This document shows, in pieces, positions 10,094-19,746 of a DNA stretch of 64,000 nucleotides. The notes beneath the pieces were generated by a model that was not told the origin of the DNA, ran no database searches, and saw only the letters and a program-made list of their open reading frames with translations. Source of the stretch: a virus; IMG/VR virus record IMGVR_UViG_3300028559_002342, positions 2,675 through 66,674 of that record; one strand, given 5' to 3'. Numbering within the stretch: position 1 is the first letter of the stretch; each line of letters begins with the position of its first letter. The translations under genes and the position numbers were made by a program.

Positions 10094-11257
10094 ATGCGCA
10101 AGCTCAAGGTCAAAAAACCATACAAGTCTCTGGATGACATTTATCTAAGAGAATCTTTTGCAAAATCAGTACCGCTTTTGCCGTATCAAATAACTGAAAG
10201 AGTAACTATCTCTGTAGTTACAGATAGCGGTGAACAAGAAAATTTTACTGTATCTGATTCATGGTATAACAAAGCTATTAAAGATAAGCTTAAGATGGGC
10301 AGTCAAAATTTAGATACGTTTTATGAGCTTATTCATTATAGGTGTGTCGATTCAGGCATTCTACCACCCGGTCATGATGATATTAATGCACGAGAAGTAA
10401 AAGTATTCTATGATTATATTCTTTCTTTAACCGGTCCAGAGAATATTAATTCCTTTTTTGAAAAGTTTGTTGATAATGGTTTTAAAATAGCAGCGTTATT
10501 TTTAGATGCTATTAATAAAAACGAAAAGTTTAATGTTTTTGATGTCTTATCTAATTTTTATGGTGTTAAGTTTGCATATTCGGATGAAGTATTTAAAGTA
10601 AGGCCATTTTCCGCAGCACAAAAAACAAGAGGTGCACCCGGGCCCGGTGAAGCATTTATTGCATTCTTTTTCTATAGTAAAAAACCTGTTGTGGGTGATT
10701 TGAGTATTCCCTCAGGCGGTAAAACAGTAGAAATAGAAATTAAAAAACAAGGAGGAAGAATAGGTAAAGGATTAAATGTGGAGGCAGGTAAGCTGGGTAG
10801 AAAGCTGTATCCTGATTTAGCTAATCTGGACATGAATGTATTAAAGCAATTTGTTGAGTATTTTGATTTACAGAGTGTAGGAGATATTCTTCTTGGGAAG
10901 GGTCAGGGTAAATTCACAGGCATCTCAGGTGTAAATCATTATGCACAAGAGCAATTAGATGCTCAGTTTTTAAAGAATAACTTAGATTATTTTATAAAAT
11001 ATTTTGCAAAACTTGATAATTTACAACAATATATTGGCACAATACAAATGAAGGATTATTTTTCAAAAATTAAGGAATTTGATAGTATATTAATTTTTAC
11101 AGAAAGCGGAGTATCTATTGGAATAAAGAGAGATTATATAATTAGCACACCTATTTTACAGCTTGCGCCAGCATTGCAACAAAAACAGGTGTTTTTAAAA
11201 CGCAAAACAGCTGCAGGATTTTTATTTGATTCAGACGGATTTAAGATAACAATATGA
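10094..11257 (+). CDS. Putative PD-(D/E)XK nuclease with a virion-type leader
   Basis: GPGE...GDL...EIEIKK arrangement of restriction-endonuclease-like folds; leader ...YKSLDDIYLRE. Confidence 0.5.
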   Translation: MRKLKVKKPYKSLDDIYLRESFAKSVPLLPYQITERVTISVVTDSGEQENFTVSDSWYNKAIKDKLKMGSQNLDTFYELIHYRCVDSGILPPGHDDINAREVKVFYDYILSLTGPENINSFFEKFVDNGFKIAALFLDAINKNEKFNVFDVLSNFYGVKFAYSDEVFKVRPFSAAQKTRGAPGPGEAFIAFFFYSKKPVVGDLSIPSGGKTVEIEIKKQGGRIGKGLNVEAGKLGRKLYPDLANLDMNVLKQFVEYFDLQSVGDILLGKGQGKFTGISGVNHYAQEQLDAQFLKNNLDYFIKYFAKLDNLQQYIGTIQMKDYFSKIKEFDSILIFTESGVSIGIKRDYIISTPILQLAPALQQKQVFLKRKTAAGFLFDSDGFKITI

Positions 11258-12447
11258 TACCGTTTAAACAATTTCTATTGGAAGGTGGTGCAGCAGGTCA
11301 CATGGCACATCCTTTTGATTTGCCTAATGTGAATTCAGGTAAAGATCTCATCAACACCTTCAATAAAATTGTCAAAAGTTTGCAGAAAAAGCCTTCAGTA
11401 GTAAAAATTGATGGTGCCAATGCTGCCATAAAATTGATTGCAAATGCAGAAGGTAAGAAAGAGTTTGCCATGGACAGAGGATCCAATAAACCAGAAGATG
11501 TTGAAGGTGTTACAGTGGCAAGATTGGGCACACGCTTTCCAGAGGGTCATGGAATGAGAGACATAGGTTCAACTGTGTTGGGCATTTTTAACTCAGCCAT
11601 CCCTGCCATAGAAGCAGATTTGAAGAAGCTCAAGATGTGGGATAACAATAAAATCCTCTTCAACATGGAGTATGTGCAAGGGGCAACAAATGTCATAGGT
11701 TATGCAAACAACTTTCTGGCCATTCATGGTTTGAATGAAATTGTGCAGGTGAGAAGTCCAGTTCGCGGCAGTGTGAGCAGAGCATCGCGAGAGATACCTT
11801 ATGATAAAAAGACATTGCAAAATTTAATTGCCAAAGTGGATCCCATAGCCAAGAAGAAAGGATTTGATGTGGCACATGAATTTGTTGTGAAGCTGGGCAA
11901 ACCAGATTTGAATAAACCTCTGAATGAGCCTTTTTCTGTTAGCTACGATTCCAAGAACATAGTAACAAAGCCTTTGAGAGAGTGGCTGGGTGCAGTTAAG
12001 AATCCCAAAGCTGAGAAGATTAAGCTTGCATCAGGAAAAACTATCAGTGCCATGAGCATGGAAAACTATAAAAACGTCACTGGCAGTGTTCCCATGCATG
12101 TATACATTGGTGCAAACAAGAAGGACATTGACAAGGCAATTTCAGGTGCTGTCATGTATCATGCCACACTTGTGTTGGGACAGGCCATCAAAGATGCTGC
12201 TTCATCTGATTTGGGTACTCTTTCCACACAAGAAGGCATTGTGATAAGAGATGCAGCAATATCTTCCAATCCAGTCAAGGTCACTGGTAATTTTATCTTG
12301 GGCAAAGAACAGGGTAAGTTTGCACAAGCAAAAAAAGCAGAAAATGAAGAGCAACAAAGACAATTGTCCAATAATAACTACATGATGAACCCAGAGTATG
12401 GCAAAGAAGGTGCTCGTTTGACGCACACACCAGGAATGGCTTTATGA
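11254..12447 (+). CDS. Ligase-superfamily nucleotidyltransferase (RNA-ligase-like)
   Basis: Candidate motif I KIDG, III NMEYV, IV EGIVIR and V VKV; leader MIPFKQFLLE. Confidence 0.55.
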   Translation: MIPFKQFLLEGGAAGHMAHPFDLPNVNSGKDLINTFNKIVKSLQKKPSVVKIDGANAAIKLIANAEGKKEFAMDRGSNKPEDVEGVTVARLGTRFPEGHGMRDIGSTVLGIFNSAIPAIEADLKKLKMWDNNKILFNMEYVQGATNVIGYANNFLAIHGLNEIVQVRSPVRGSVSRASREIPYDKKTLQNLIAKVDPIAKKKGFDVAHEFVVKLGKPDLNKPLNEPFSVSYDSKNIVTKPLREWLGAVKNPKAEKIKLASGKTISAMSMENYKNVTGSVPMHVYIGANKKDIDKAISGAVMYHATLVLGQAIKDAASSDLGTLSTQEGIVIRDAAISSNPVKVTGNFILGKEQGKFAQAKKAENEEQQRQLSNNNYMMNPEYGKEGARLTHTPGMAL

Positions 12448-13094
12448 AATTTGATCAACTGGTAAATGAAATACTAACCCATCAGAAAAATAATTTAATA
12501 GTTATTTTTCCAGGACGCTTTCAACCATTCCACATGGGCCATAAAAAGCTTTATGACATGGCCAAGAGTCAGTTTCCAGGAGCAGATTTTTTTATTGCTA
12601 CAACAGATGAAGTGGCCAAAAACGAAGATGCTTCCAGATATCCTTTCAACTTCAATGAAAAGAAAGAAATAATAAAAGCCGCAGGCATACCTGACAATGT
12701 GGTAAAACAGGTGAAGCAGCCTTACAAACCTTTGGAGATTCTGAAAAACTATGATCCTAATGTTACCAAGGTGATCTATCTTGTGGGCAAAAAGGACATG
12801 CAATCAGATGCAAGATTCACTTTTGGCATGACAAAAAAAGGCACTCCCAGTTACTTTCAGCCATTCAAAGATCTTCAATCCATGCAACCATTCAAAGAAC
12901 AAGGTGGCCATGGGTACATTTATGCACCAAGTACCATACAGTTCAACATAGGTGATAAGAGCATCACCAGTGCCACTGAATTAAGAGACATATACAAGGC
13001 TTCTAATGAAGCTACAAGAAAGCAAATAATTGCAGCTGTTCTGGGCAAATTTAATGCCACAGTTTTCAAGTTGTTCAATACTAAGTTAAGCTAA
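12444..13094 (+). CDS. HxGH nucleotidyltransferase (cytidylyltransferase/NMNAT-like)
   Basis: FPGRFQPFHMGH and C-terminal SATELR; leader MKFDQLVNE. Confidence 0.85.
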   Translation: MKFDQLVNEILTHQKNNLIVIFPGRFQPFHMGHKKLYDMAKSQFPGADFFIATTDEVAKNEDASRYPFNFNEKKEIIKAAGIPDNVVKQVKQPYKPLEILKNYDPNVTKVIYLVGKKDMQSDARFTFGMTKKGTPSYFQPFKDLQSMQPFKEQGGHGYIYAPSTIQFNIGDKSITSATELRDIYKASNEATRKQIIAAVLGKFNATVFKLFNTKLS

Positions 13095-13697
13095 CTTCTT
13101 CTTTTTTTCAAGAATTAAAATAGTCTCAAGCAACACTTTTTCCACCGTCTCTGTACTCTCTTTCTTGAGAGCGTTGTTTAAATTTCTCACCAACTCATCA
13201 CCACCTTTGGCTATGGCACTGTACAGGTCTTCTTCATTACTTTCATCAAAATTGTCTGCACCACACATGCCATGTTGAGGGTTTTTAGCTGCTTCATAAT
13301 CTTCATAACCAAGCACAGAATCCAACTGATCATGAGCATTGGTAATTTTGCTCAGAACCCAAGCTTCAATGTTATTCTTGCCTTGCAGGATGCCATGCAG
13401 CATTGCAGAAATTTTATGTATTCTGAAAATTAATTGTCTGGACATCTCGCCATTGCTGCTTGATGTGGAGGGGTCATATCCTTCACAATCTTCACTCTTA
13501 TTATTGGCATGTTCTTCCTGTTCATCATCTCCACAATTTCTCTTGGGAGGCATGGAAGCTTTAACAATTCTAACAGGTGTGGCACTTGCACCTGCACCTG
13601 CACCTGCATCAACAGCTCTTGGTCCTAAGCCAAGATTCTCTTTAACGATCTTCTGATCATATATCTCGTTGAGCAAATGAAAGTCATTGTAAAACAT
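13086..13697 (-). CDS. Hypothetical late/virion protein
   Basis: Contains EAWVLSKITNAHDQL; ATAAATA upstream on the minus strand. Confidence 0.6.
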   Translation of the reverse strand: MFYNDFHLLNEIYDQKIVKENLGLGPRAVDAGAGAGASATPVRIVKASMPPKRNCGDDEQEEHANNKSEDCEGYDPSTSSSNGEMSRQLIFRIHKISAMLHGILQGKNNIEAWVLSKITNAHDQLDSVLGYEDYEAAKNPQHGMCGADNFDESNEEDLYSAIAKGGDELVRNLNNALKKESTETVEKVLLETILILEKKKKLA

Positions 13698-13708
13698 GCC
13701 ATTGATAT

Positions 13709-14116
13709 TTATTCTAATTTTAAGAAATTATTGTTGTTTAGTGAATAATAAATTTTCTTGAAGTTCAACTGCTTTATTAGCGAAGTGCATCCATCACAAG
13801 GTTTTGACAAGTCAATTTTATTGTTTCTGTTGATTCTGGTGTTAACCATTGTGAATTTGGAGCAATCCTCATCACCCAATCTTATGATGGCGGAAAGCTC
13901 AGAATGCACACCAATGGAAGTTGATATGTCTTCACCGTTTCTGTTGAAAAAGCCTATTTTTAAATTTTTGGGATGAGTTTTGGTTGGATTGTTAATTCCA
14001 ATGGATAACAACCTGTTTTTATGGAAAATAAAGGAAAAGTGTTTGCAACGGTAATCACCATGTTTATCCAATAAAGCATAGGAAATTTCGCAGCATTTCT
14101 TGAGTATGTTTTCCAT
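13709..14116 (-). CDS. Cytidine/dCMP deaminase-superfamily protein
   Basis: HSE...PCDGC zinc-binding motif. Confidence 0.75.
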   Translation of the reverse strand: MENILKKCCEISYALLDKHGDYRCKHFSFIFHKNRLLSIGINNPTKTHPKNLKIGFFNRNGEDISTSIGVHSELSAIIRLGDEDCSKFTMVNTRINRNNKIDLSKPCDGCTSLIKQLNFKKIYYSLNNNNFLKLE

Positions 14117-14162
14117 GTTGTTATACTACATAAAAAGATGTTATATTTCCATAAATATTTAC

Positions 14163-14810
14163 ATGGAATCGTTCAAGAAGTTCTATGACAAGCCTGTATT
14201 TGGCGTGAATGAATTCATTGATGTGGATGGACTGGGTCGCATCAAAGCCAAGATAGATTCAGGCAATGAAGCATACAATGTGCTGCATGGTGTGGACATT
14301 TCTGAAGATGGTGAACACATCTCTTTTACAACTGTTGATAACAAGAAAATGAAAGCGCCTCGTGCCGGTGACATCAAGATTCACATTGGCAGTGGTGTCA
14401 AAGAAGACAGACCCATTGTGAAACTCAACATCAAGATCAATGGCAAGCAATACAAGGATGTGCCTTTCAGCATAGCAGATCGTTCTGAGAATGAAGATCC
14501 TATTCTGGTGGGTGAACCTTTTCTCAAGAAACTGAATGCAGTCATTGATGTGAACAAACAAGTGAATGAATCAGTGCGTTACAATGTGATTGCCATCAAT
14601 AGGAAAGACCCTCTTTCCAAAGAGTGGATGCGTCCTAGTTTTTCTGAGAATGCCATTCGTCACATTGCCAACAAGCAGAAGACTTTGATTGTGAACCATC
14701 ATGGAGGAGCCAAATTCAAGGGCAAAGATGTTCTTAAAATATACAACCCACAGACAAAAGAACCTTTCATAGTTTTTCGCAAGAAAAAGAAAGTAGATAC
14801 AGATGGCTGA
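14163..14810 (+). CDS. Retropepsin-like protease (RimK-associated type) with a C-terminal extra domain
   Basis: AKIDSG catalytic motif, EDRPIV, DRS and ILVG..FL; ATAAATA-N5-ATG sets the start at 14163. Confidence 0.75.
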   Translation: MESFKKFYDKPVFGVNEFIDVDGLGRIKAKIDSGNEAYNVLHGVDISEDGEHISFTTVDNKKMKAPRAGDIKIHIGSGVKEDRPIVKLNIKINGKQYKDVPFSIADRSENEDPILVGEPFLKKLNAVIDVNKQVNESVRYNVIAINRKDPLSKEWMRPSFSENAIRHIANKQKTLIVNHHGGAKFKGKDVLKIYNPQTKEPFIVFRKKKKVDTDG

Positions 14811-16017
14811 TGTGACCATCTCTGAATTGACTCCAGGTGCACCTGCTGACAATAACATCATACCCTACAGCACAGGTACTGATACACTGGGTGTGCCTGT
14901 GTCTGCCATGTTTCAAAACACATCAGTTATTAAGACTAACACCCTAGGGGGTCTGAATGGTCTGCAACTGTACACCAACAAGCTGACAAGAAAAAGTTTT
15001 TGGTTCATTGAGAAAACAATGGCCACAACGGGACCTGGAGCAGGTCCCAATGCAGGTGATTGGACCAGTCTGGGCTACATCACACCCCCAGAATTTGGAA
15101 CTGGATGGGGGAGAGAAATTAAAATATTTGCCACCCATCACATCCCAGATTCTGTTAATTCTGTTACCTATCAGTTACATGATAGTTATAGAACTCGCTC
15201 GTTAACATATGCAGATTGGGTGAAGGTGCCCTCTGTGAGCAATTACAACTATTCCGCAAAACAGGATTTCAGTCTGGAAGCAAGAAGAACCAGAACAACA
15301 AATAGTTATTCTAATTTAGAATTGAGATACAGGGCCATAGACCCTTCAGCTGCAGCTAGCACCTATGGTGGGAATGTGGCTTTTGCCATAGAAATTCTTG
15401 GAGGAGGTGAATTTTTCGAGACCACAGGTGGTGGCAATGATTTGACAGTGCCAGCAGGTTACCTGGGCAACACTTTTTATCAATTTCCCTTGAGAACATA
15501 TGCTGATGACACGCATACATCATTTGAACCATCTACCAGGGGGTTGTTCATGGTGCAACCAGGCCGAGTGGGCATCAACACCATTGCCCCTGCAGCAACA
15601 TTGGATGTGAATGGTGTCATAACAACCAACACAGCACTGTTGTTTGACCGTACAGAAAAAACAGCCAATATAATGTCTGCAGGTGGCCCAGCTGGCGCAT
15701 CAGGCATTGCAAATTTTAATGTGCTGGTCCAGCCCGGTGTTTGGACAACGATTGCAACAACATCATGGGGTGGGCAGGTGCAGGCAGCATTTGTTACAGA
15801 ACCTAACACCACATACAATTTGCAAGGATTTCATATTGTGCCATGCTCTTATGGTGCAAGCAACAATGCACGCCTACCATCTTATACTGATAGCTTTGTG
15901 AATGCAGGTGGGTGGACACAATACAACATTCAATGGAGATCCACTGGGTACAATTTGCAGGTCTATCACACTGGACCTGTGCCAATTAGATTCTGGGGAA
16001 CGTTTAGCGGGGTATAG
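14803..16017 (+). CDS. Fibre/adhesin-like virion protein, MADV-family paralogue 2
   Basis: MADVTISEL N-terminus; GRVGINTIAPAATLDVNG fibre repeat. Confidence 0.7.
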   Translation: MADVTISELTPGAPADNNIIPYSTGTDTLGVPVSAMFQNTSVIKTNTLGGLNGLQLYTNKLTRKSFWFIEKTMATTGPGAGPNAGDWTSLGYITPPEFGTGWGREIKIFATHHIPDSVNSVTYQLHDSYRTRSLTYADWVKVPSVSNYNYSAKQDFSLEARRTRTTNSYSNLELRYRAIDPSAAASTYGGNVAFAIEILGGGEFFETTGGGNDLTVPAGYLGNTFYQFPLRTYADDTHTSFEPSTRGLFMVQPGRVGINTIAPAATLDVNGVITTNTALLFDRTEKTANIMSAGGPAGASGIANFNVLVQPGVWTTIATTSWGGQVQAAFVTEPNTTYNLQGFHIVPCSYGASNNARLPSYTDSFVNAGGWTQYNIQWRSTGYNLQVYHTGPVPIRFWGTFSGV

Positions 16018-16027
16018 AAAACTAAGA

Positions 16028-16675
16028 TTAGTTTTTAATCTGCGCAAACTCCACAAACTTGTAAAACTCAGCTCGGGAATTGTCATTGTTATCCAAGAAC
16101 GCACCAGACATTCTGGCTGTGCGCATGGTGGAATCATGTCGGATGCCACGGTTGGAACAACATGTGTGATTGGCTTCAATCATGACTGCCACACCATTGT
16201 TCTTCTCACATACCAAATCAATGTGTGCATGAATTTGCATGGTGAGATTTTCTTGCACTTGTGGTCGACGGGCAAACCAATCCACCACACGATTGAGCTT
16301 GCTCAATCCAATGACTTTGCCTTCTTTGGAAGGAATATACGCCACATGGGCCACACCAGTGAAAGGTGCATGATGATGTGAACACAGTGAGGTCAATTTG
16401 ATGTTGTTCTGACACACCATGCCATCATATTGGTCAATGTTATCAAAGGCTGTGATCTTGGGTGGCTTGCTGTAGCAGCCCCATGCAAAGTCTTCTACAA
16501 AGGCCTTGGCCACGCGATGTGGGGTGTTGTCACTGTTGGGATCATTTCTCCAATCATACCCTAGTGCATCCATGTACATTTCATAAGCCTTGGATGCTCT
16601 TTGAATGATTTGATCTCTTTCTTCTTGTGTGTGAGGGTGATTGTGATTGGCAAAAGCAAGCTTTACATTGGACAT
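16028..16675 (-). CDS. folE: GTP cyclohydrolase I
   Basis: TPHRVAK, SLCSHH, GLSKLNR, RRPQVQE and HTCC..RG motifs. Confidence 0.95.
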   Translation of the reverse strand: MSNVKLAFANHNHPHTQEERDQIIQRASKAYEMYMDALGYDWRNDPNSDNTPHRVAKAFVEDFAWGCYSKPPKITAFDNIDQYDGMVCQNNIKLTSLCSHHHAPFTGVAHVAYIPSKEGKVIGLSKLNRVVDWFARRPQVQENLTMQIHAHIDLVCEKNNGVAVMIEANHTCCSNRGIRHDSTMRTARMSGAFLDNNDNSRAEFYKFVEFAQIKN

Positions 16676-16713
16676 ATGTGGTATTATATGATATATTCAA
16701 ATGAGATCAACGG

Positions 16714-17562
16714 TCAGTACATACAATTTTTACGTTTAAAGACGTGCACATTATGAAAGTTTTGCCTCAACAAACATATGTAGAAAGACATGTTGCCCGG
16801 ATACCCCACAAAAGTGTTGCTCTTGGAAGCAACATTCAGCAATGCCAGTATGCGTGCCATGTGCACCGGGTATGAGTGCCCAAATAAATTTTCATATTCA
16901 TTTTCAGATAAATTGTTCACATAATGATGCCCTCCTGTTCTGTCTGGATCCCTGGGCAGCACATCCAGCATGTTCATTTGTTTGCCTTTTAACATGTTGT
17001 ACACATGGTTGTCATCTGTGTGCACAAAAACATTGTCAAGAGTTTTGAAACATTGCAATGCATCATCCAGTTCAGGGTAATCATGCACAGGAATATCTTG
17101 TGTTTTATCTGTTAATCTCCACAATAAAAAATTAAAGTTATCTCTGTCCATGTGGTAGTCATTATATATTTTTTCTGTCTCAACAGCTATTAAGTTGCTA
17201 CAGTTCAAATAAACATCTCTAATAACATTGGTTGTCTCCATGTCTATGTCTTCTTTGCAATTGCCCCAGCCCACCCAACTGGGTGTGGCTCTGGAAAGCA
17301 TGTTTTTGACGTTATCTGTGCTGTAATTTTTCCATTTTTCTAATTTATCAATATAAAACAGATTGTCATAAATGTTGCAATCTTTGTATTTTGCAAATCT
17401 TGTAACTATTCTTTCTGGAACAAAGTTCTTTTCTGCTTTAAGATGGGCAATTAGATGTATTAATATGCCCAAATTGGAGCAAAGACCAGCTCCTCTGTTA
17501 AAATGCAACGTTTTACTGTGTGTATCAAATTGATGGTTTCCCCAGTATTCTATATCAAACAT
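16714..17562 (-). CDS. Putative glycosyltransferase (fucosyltransferase/NodZ-like)
   Basis: AGLCSN, WRLTDK, VFVHTDD and FVGYPGNMS resemble GDP-sugar GT-B motifs. Confidence 0.45.
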   Translation of the reverse strand: MFDIEYWGNHQFDTHSKTLHFNRGAGLCSNLGILIHLIAHLKAEKNFVPERIVTRFAKYKDCNIYDNLFYIDKLEKWKNYSTDNVKNMLSRATPSWVGWGNCKEDIDMETTNVIRDVYLNCSNLIAVETEKIYNDYHMDRDNFNFLLWRLTDKTQDIPVHDYPELDDALQCFKTLDNVFVHTDDNHVYNMLKGKQMNMLDVLPRDPDRTGGHHYVNNLSENEYENLFGHSYPVHMARILALLNVASKSNTFVGYPGNMSFYICLLRQNFHNVHVFKRKNCMY

Positions 17563-17618
17563 TAATAAATATTTACATGATTCATATGATCATTCAACCA
17601 CTTTTAAGTGCATAATTT

Positions 17619-18440
17619 ATGGCAGACGTAACAATTAATAATTTAACTTATAGCTTACCTTCTAGTAGCGCTTTTATTCCTTTTACAGATAACGGTGTAA
17701 CGTTTAAAGTTTCACCTTCCGGGTTATATGCTAAGCCTGGTAATACCTTATTAGTAGGCGGTGAATCATTAGCAGATCTACTTCCTACAACAAATACAAG
17801 TTTATTAGCCTTATCTACCGATAGCGGAATCATAAGAGGTGGGTGGCTTTTGTGTATTACAGAAAGAAATACTTCGTGGGGTGATTCTGCTGCAAGAATA
17901 GGGGTTTTAAGAAGTGGTGCAGGAAACGGATGGTGGTTATCACATAATTTAGATGGATCAGGAGCTATTCATCAAAGTACACAAGGCGATCGTTTGTTAA
18001 TTACTTCAGAAGGTTATGTAAAAACACCTTATCAACCAGGATTTAAAGCCACAATTACAACACAATCACAATCCACCGGTCAGACGGTATTATGGGATAC
18101 TGTAGAATACGCCATACCTGCAGGGTCATTTAATACTAGCACCGGTGAATGGACGGTACCTCAAACAGGTAGATACCTAATAATAGTTAATTTACTTTCA
18201 CAAAGAAATACAACTGGTGGTGATTGGTATGTTGATCTCTACGTAAATAGCGGGCAACCATATGGTGGAAGAATGTATACTAGTAAAGCTGGTAATTCTA
18301 GTGTACATGCACAGCTAAATGCCAGTGGTATCTTTTATTTAAATACAGGTGATAAAATAAAAACTGTTCTGACTAGTCAAGTGGGTAACGTTGCCCCTAC
18401 AATTTTTCACAATCTATTTTGTGCGGAGTTATTAGGATAA
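17619..18440 (+). CDS. MADV-family paralogue 3 with C-terminal C1q domain
   Basis: MADVTINNL N-terminus; C1q pattern FKA...VLWDTV...FNTSTGEWTVPQTGRY...LNTGDKI...FCAELL. Confidence 0.8.
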   Translation: MADVTINNLTYSLPSSSAFIPFTDNGVTFKVSPSGLYAKPGNTLLVGGESLADLLPTTNTSLLALSTDSGIIRGGWLLCITERNTSWGDSAARIGVLRSGAGNGWWLSHNLDGSGAIHQSTQGDRLLITSEGYVKTPYQPGFKATITTQSQSTGQTVLWDTVEYAIPAGSFNTSTGEWTVPQTGRYLIIVNLLSQRNTTGGDWYVDLYVNSGQPYGGRMYTSKAGNSSVHAQLNASGIFYLNTGDKIKTVLTSQVGNVAPTIFHNLFCAELLG

Positions 18441-18448
18441 ATAATTGT

Positions 18449-18883
18449 ATGCATTACAACAAAATAATACAAGAGAGCTTGAAGAACACAGCTTTGAAGC
18501 GCATTCGCATCAAAGTGGATCCAGCACTAGTGAATGCCAGCGCTGACTTGGCTGGCTTGGATGGTTATGAAGGTTATGTGCTGGAAGAATGCATGGGCAG
18601 ATTGAAGATACTTGTGCTTTCACCCAACATGCCCATTTGTGATTTGCCTGAAGAAGCAATTGAGATGTTGGCCACCCAACATGATGCAGATGTGTTTGAA
18701 GAATACAAGGCTTTTGTTATTGTCAAATTAATCAAAGATGGTAAAACCGTGAATGATCCTTTGCTTGAGCAGATTAAATGCAGTTCTGATATAAATAGTA
18801 TAGAACAGTTAATAGGTCAATTTGGTTATTCTGGTGATCGATTGGCTGCACTGTACAGAGATTTTATTACCAATGAAAATTAA
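18449..18883 (+). CDS. Hypothetical late protein
   Basis: ATAAATA-N5-ATG; RIRIKVDP...YEGYVLEE SH3-like segment. Confidence 0.6.
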   Translation: MHYNKIIQESLKNTALKRIRIKVDPALVNASADLAGLDGYEGYVLEECMGRLKILVLSPNMPICDLPEEAIEMLATQHDADVFEEYKAFVIVKLIKDGKTVNDPLLEQIKCSSDINSIEQLIGQFGYSGDRLAALYRDFITNEN

Positions 18884-19532
18884 TCAATTTGATGAATTAG
18901 TAGAGCGAATATTAAGTGAAGCTGAAGGCAGCTTTCTGAGCAGGTTGGGAAGTGCTGCCGCCAACGTGGGCAGAGGTGTAGCTCAAGTGTATAATGCTCC
19001 AGCCAATTTTGCCAAAGGTGCAGCTGCAGTTAGAAGTGCTGTGCAAGGTGGTGTCATACCTTTGAAAGACAAGCCAAAACCTGATGCATCAGGTCAGGGC
19101 CAAACGCCAGCATCAAAAGAATTGCCCAAACCAGGGGATCCAGTGAGAGTGCAATTGAGAGGCTTGGGTGCAGCTCCAACTGGTGTTGCTGGCAGGCTTG
19201 AAAATCCAAAAGATTATGATGGTGGCAAGTTGTATGATGTGAAATTGACAGGCAACCCTCAAGTGGATAAACTAAGAATTCTGGACAAACCAGATCCCAA
19301 GGGCACCATGATGAGACAGGTATTTTATTTTGATAAAACTGGCATGGAAGTCAATCCTGGCTATCTGAAGCAAAAGAAACTGAACACCTCTGGTTACTTT
19401 GGCATGAATCCCAACGTTGACAAATCCAAGATCCCTGGAGGACGGGAATGGATATTTTCAGACAATGAAGTGCCCTTCTTGCCACAAGATCAACAGGCAC
19501 CGGGCACACCTGGCAAGCCACCGGTCAGATAA
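18873..19532 (+). CDS. Hypothetical protein, possibly virion-internal
   Basis: Leader MKINQFDELVERILSE followed by an Ala/Gly-rich amphipathic segment. Confidence 0.6.
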   Translation: MKINQFDELVERILSEAEGSFLSRLGSAAANVGRGVAQVYNAPANFAKGAAAVRSAVQGGVIPLKDKPKPDASGQGQTPASKELPKPGDPVRVQLRGLGAAPTGVAGRLENPKDYDGGKLYDVKLTGNPQVDKLRILDKPDPKGTMMRQVFYFDKTGMEVNPGYLKQKKLNTSGYFGMNPNVDKSKIPGGREWIFSDNEVPFLPQDQQAPGTPGKPPVR

Positions 19533-19572
19533 TAAATATGCATGTGTTTGATGCATTGCAAAAAGGAATCTG

Positions 19573-19746
19573 ATGCGCCCCAAGTTAATCAACGGCAGAT
19601 ACGTCATAACAAAGTGTGGTTTCTACTTGTTGGATACACAGGGCAAAGTTATTTTTAATGAAGAGGGTAATCCTCTGCTTTTCTCTGAGAAGAATGAGGC
19701 AGAAAAATATTTAAAAGACAATCAGATTGATGGCACAGTCAAGTGA
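19573..19746 (+). CDS. Small hypothetical protein (57 aa)
   Basis: Manual translation MRPKLINGRY...DGTVK*; its stop overlaps the next start (GTGA). Confidence 0.5.
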   Translation: MRPKLINGRYVITKCGFYLLDTQGKVIFNEEGNPLLFSEKNEAEKYLKDNQIDGTVK

